From positions 54,272 through 118,271 of the forward strand of contig JBKAGE010000040.1 in NCBI GenBank assembly GCA_046290225.1: a stretch of 64,000 nt of DNA, read 5' to 3'. The stretch comes from Bradymonadia bacterium (GTDB lineage Bacteria > Myxococcota_A > Bradymonadia > UBA7976 > UBA1532). Shown here piece by piece: positions 61,536 through 64,000 of this stretch (the first letter of the stretch is position 1; the number at the start of each line of letters is the position of its first letter). Under the pieces are notes generated by a model, which had not been told where the DNA came from, ran no database searches, and saw only the letters and a list, made by a program, of their open reading frames with translations. Both the position numbers and the translations under genes were made by a program.

Positions 61536-63782
61536 TCACTCCTCGAACAAGCTACAGGCCGGCTCCCCGCCCTGACAGGCATCGCCAATGCCATCTGCAT
61601 CCTCATCGGTCTGATCAGCGTTGGCGTGGTCAGGGCAGTTGTCGCAGAAGTCACCGATGCCATCGCCATCGACATCGGACTGGTCGGGATCAGGCACGCT
61701 CGGACACACATCGCAGGCGTCGCCCACGCCGTCGCCATCACTGTCGATCTGGTCGGCGTTGGGGCTGTTCGGGCAGATGTCGCAGACATCACCGGCGCCG
61801 TCGCCGTCGCTGTCGGCCTGATCGGGGTTGGCCATGCCCGGACAGTTGTCGTCGCTCTGGCAAATGCCGTCGTTGTCGGCATAGCCATCACCACACACCC
61901 CGCCCATGGAGCGCTGCAGCACCAGGATGCTGTACGCCGTAGCGCTGTGCTTGCGCCAGAAGCTGCGGTTGCCCCCCGTGGGCCACGTACCGTCAGGCAT
62001 CTGGCTGTTCACCAACATCCAGGAGAAGTCGTAGTACCAGCTCGGCTCCTCCTCGGGGTGGCCGTCCGCCCGCGGATCGCGCAGGCCGCCGATCTGCTCG
62101 GCGTAAATCATGCCGTCCTCGGGGTTTTCCGGGGCCGCAGAGACCTCGAGGGCCTTCGCCGCAGCCCACAGGTAGTAATAGTAGGACTGATTCCAGCTCG
62201 AGATGACGTGACCGTCGTAAGTGTAGTTGTCTCGCAGCCAGCCCAGAGCTGCCTGTACCTCTGCAGCCTCGGTGGACTTCCCCGCCAGCCGCCAGGCCCA
62301 CACCCCCGCAGCAGTCATGGCGCTGCTGGAGGCATAGTTCTTACAGCCGCGATACTTCATGCCGCCGTCGGCATTCTGGCTATTACTCAGGAACTGTTGC
62401 GCCCGAGCGAGGGTGTCGTCAGCGCCATCTACAGTGCCCGCGGCGGCAGCGAGACCTGCCATGGCAAACTGGCTGGTGGACAAATCGCCGTCCTGACTCG
62501 GCCGGTTGTAGTTCCACGCCCCACTGTTGCACCAGGCCTCGCTGTTGGACTGATTTGTCTTCAGCGCGCTCACCCCATGGGCGATGGCGGCTTCGACCGT
62601 GATCGGTGCGCCGACATCATCCGGACCCCCAGTCTGGCGATACAGCGACAAGAACATCAGGAAGCTGCCGGTGCCATAGGTGTATGGCAGGCCCTCGCCG
62701 CGAAGCGAACGGTCATACTCGATGGTGAAGCGGGCCATGCGGCGCAACATCATCTGATCGTCGGGTGAAGATCCCTCGTACCCCAAGGTGGGCGAGCGCG
62801 GATCGATGCTGCTGCGCCGCTCCAGAATCGCCAGGCCGGCGAGGCCCGTGGACCAGTTGTCCACGGATCCGTTGTTCTCCTGATGCCTGATCCAGGCGAG
62901 GCCGAGCTCGATGGAGTCGGCCACCTTCTGCCGGAAGGGCGGATTGAGCGCAGTGCTGCCCTCGTTGGGCATCGCCCCCACCATGCCGCCCTGGCCCTCG
63001 TCGACCTCGCTCACGTGCACTGGAAAGCTCAAGGCCGCGCAGCTGTCCAGGCCACGACCGTCACATACCTCGACCTGTGCGCCGTACTGGCCCGGAGTAC
63101 GCGCCATGAAATGGAAGTCGTCGCCCTCGGGCAAGGTGTCGTAGTCCGCCCCCTCTGGCGCGTCGGTGAGGGCCCAGTCGTACACCAACGGATCATCGTC
63201 GAGATCTTCGCCCACAGCGGTGATGGTGAGGTGCTCACAGGTCATCACGAACTTCGACGGGTTGAAGCGCAGCTCGACCAGCGAAGGTCGGTGATTGACG
63301 GTGGCCACCACGTCGATGGCGCCATTGTCGGGGGCGCCACACGTCGAGGTCATGATGATCTCGTGGGTCATCCCCGACATGATCTCCACATCTCTCTCGG
63401 CAACGGTGCAGTGGGGTGCAGCCTCGTCGGGGCTGCGCATGGGCGTGGTCCGGACGTGGTATCGGCCCGGAGAAAGCACAGTGAAGAGATCTGCAAACCG
63501 CCGCCCCGCAGTGGGGTCCTGCTCATGCAGATGAGGGGGCAAAGGCTCTTCTTCGAGCACCACATAGCGCTCGGTGACCAGACCACCTTCTTCAGAGGTG
63601 ATCTCGTACAAGAAACCAGAGATGCCCGCCTCAGCCCCCGCCTCGAGACGCAGGTTCAGCTCGCCTGTTCTGGCGGCTTGCTCCGCTTGAGGGCCTGGTG
63701 GCCCGCTGTCCTGGGATTGTTGGCAGCCAAATGGGATCAGAGCGACAACGGCACACGACACGGCTTTTGATGCAATCTTCAT
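61536..63782 (-). CDS. Lipoprotein with Ig-like, prenyltransferase/squalene-cyclase-like repeat and TSP3 domains
   Basis: Lipobox PFGC; QNADGG and QMPDGTW repeats; DxDGDGxGDxCDxCP repeats. Confidence 0.8.
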   Translation of the reverse strand: MKIASKAVSCAVVALIPFGCQQSQDSGPPGPQAEQAARTGELNLRLEAGAEAGISGFLYEITSEEGGLVTERYVVLEEEPLPPHLHEQDPTAGRRFADLFTVLSPGRYHVRTTPMRSPDEAAPHCTVAERDVEIMSGMTHEIIMTSTCGAPDNGAIDVVATVNHRPSLVELRFNPSKFVMTCEHLTITAVGEDLDDDPLVYDWALTDAPEGADYDTLPEGDDFHFMARTPGQYGAQVEVCDGRGLDSCAALSFPVHVSEVDEGQGGMVGAMPNEGSTALNPPFRQKVADSIELGLAWIRHQENNGSVDNWSTGLAGLAILERRSSIDPRSPTLGYEGSSPDDQMMLRRMARFTIEYDRSLRGEGLPYTYGTGSFLMFLSLYRQTGGPDDVGAPITVEAAIAHGVSALKTNQSNSEAWCNSGAWNYNRPSQDGDLSTSQFAMAGLAAAAGTVDGADDTLARAQQFLSNSQNADGGMKYRGCKNYASSSAMTAAGVWAWRLAGKSTEAAEVQAALGWLRDNYTYDGHVISSWNQSYYYYLWAAAKALEVSAAPENPEDGMIYAEQIGGLRDPRADGHPEEEPSWYYDFSWMLVNSQMPDGTWPTGGNRSFWRKHSATAYSILVLQRSMGGVCGDGYADNDGICQSDDNCPGMANPDQADSDGDGAGDVCDICPNSPNADQIDSDGDGVGDACDVCPSVPDPDQSDVDGDGIGDFCDNCPDHANADQTDEDADGIGDACQGGEPACSLFEE

Positions 63783-64000
63783 GACTCAACTCCTCAGCAG
63801 ATGGGAAACCAGCCTCCAAAAGCACTATTTGTTCGTTATTTTCACCTATTGAATTGAGAGGCGGGTGGGTTCTGACCTTGATGGCAAGACCCAGGGGGGT
63901 TCACAGGGCAATCGCACGTTAAAACCCGGTGAGGACTTGGACTAAGAAGGGCCTGTCCCAACCGGCGATGCGGCGTTTGGCGGACATGCTGCATTTCTTG

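Overview
High-GC window whose gene content (Ser/Thr kinases, FHA-sigma54 activator, ECF sigma factors, CHAT and FGE domains, TSP3 repeats) suggests a Myxococcota or related deltaproteobacterium; this is inference. I support about 42 CDS: a Na+/solute symporter, S1 protease, phoD, patatin, an ECF-sigma/mscS/OmpA envelope cluster, a sigma54 activator, a pncB-prs-nadE operon, an ATPase+TPR pair, a TonB metal-uptake operon, a MoxR AAA+/vWA pair, a large ATPase-GAF-sigma54-kinase fusion, an ECF/anti-sigma/CHAT cluster, asnS and a DUF3516-type helicase. I found no rRNA, canonical tRNA, transposase, cas gene or true CRISPR array. The best candidate for an undescribed system is 15.5-22.4 kb. There a sigma54 promoter with a self-pairing leader precedes a TROVE/Ro60-like vWA gene, which converges on a DUF924-FSH1-LRR fusion, and a ~140-nt structured-RNA-like element abuts the start of that fusion. 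Other highlights: a MoxR ATPase ending in an SSB-like tail (DDDIPF), a His-rich RAPP leader, a shared ECF-type promoter motif, an MCP split by one in-frame TAG, and three distinct non-coding palindromic repeat elements. All family assignments come from motif recognition by eye, not database searches.
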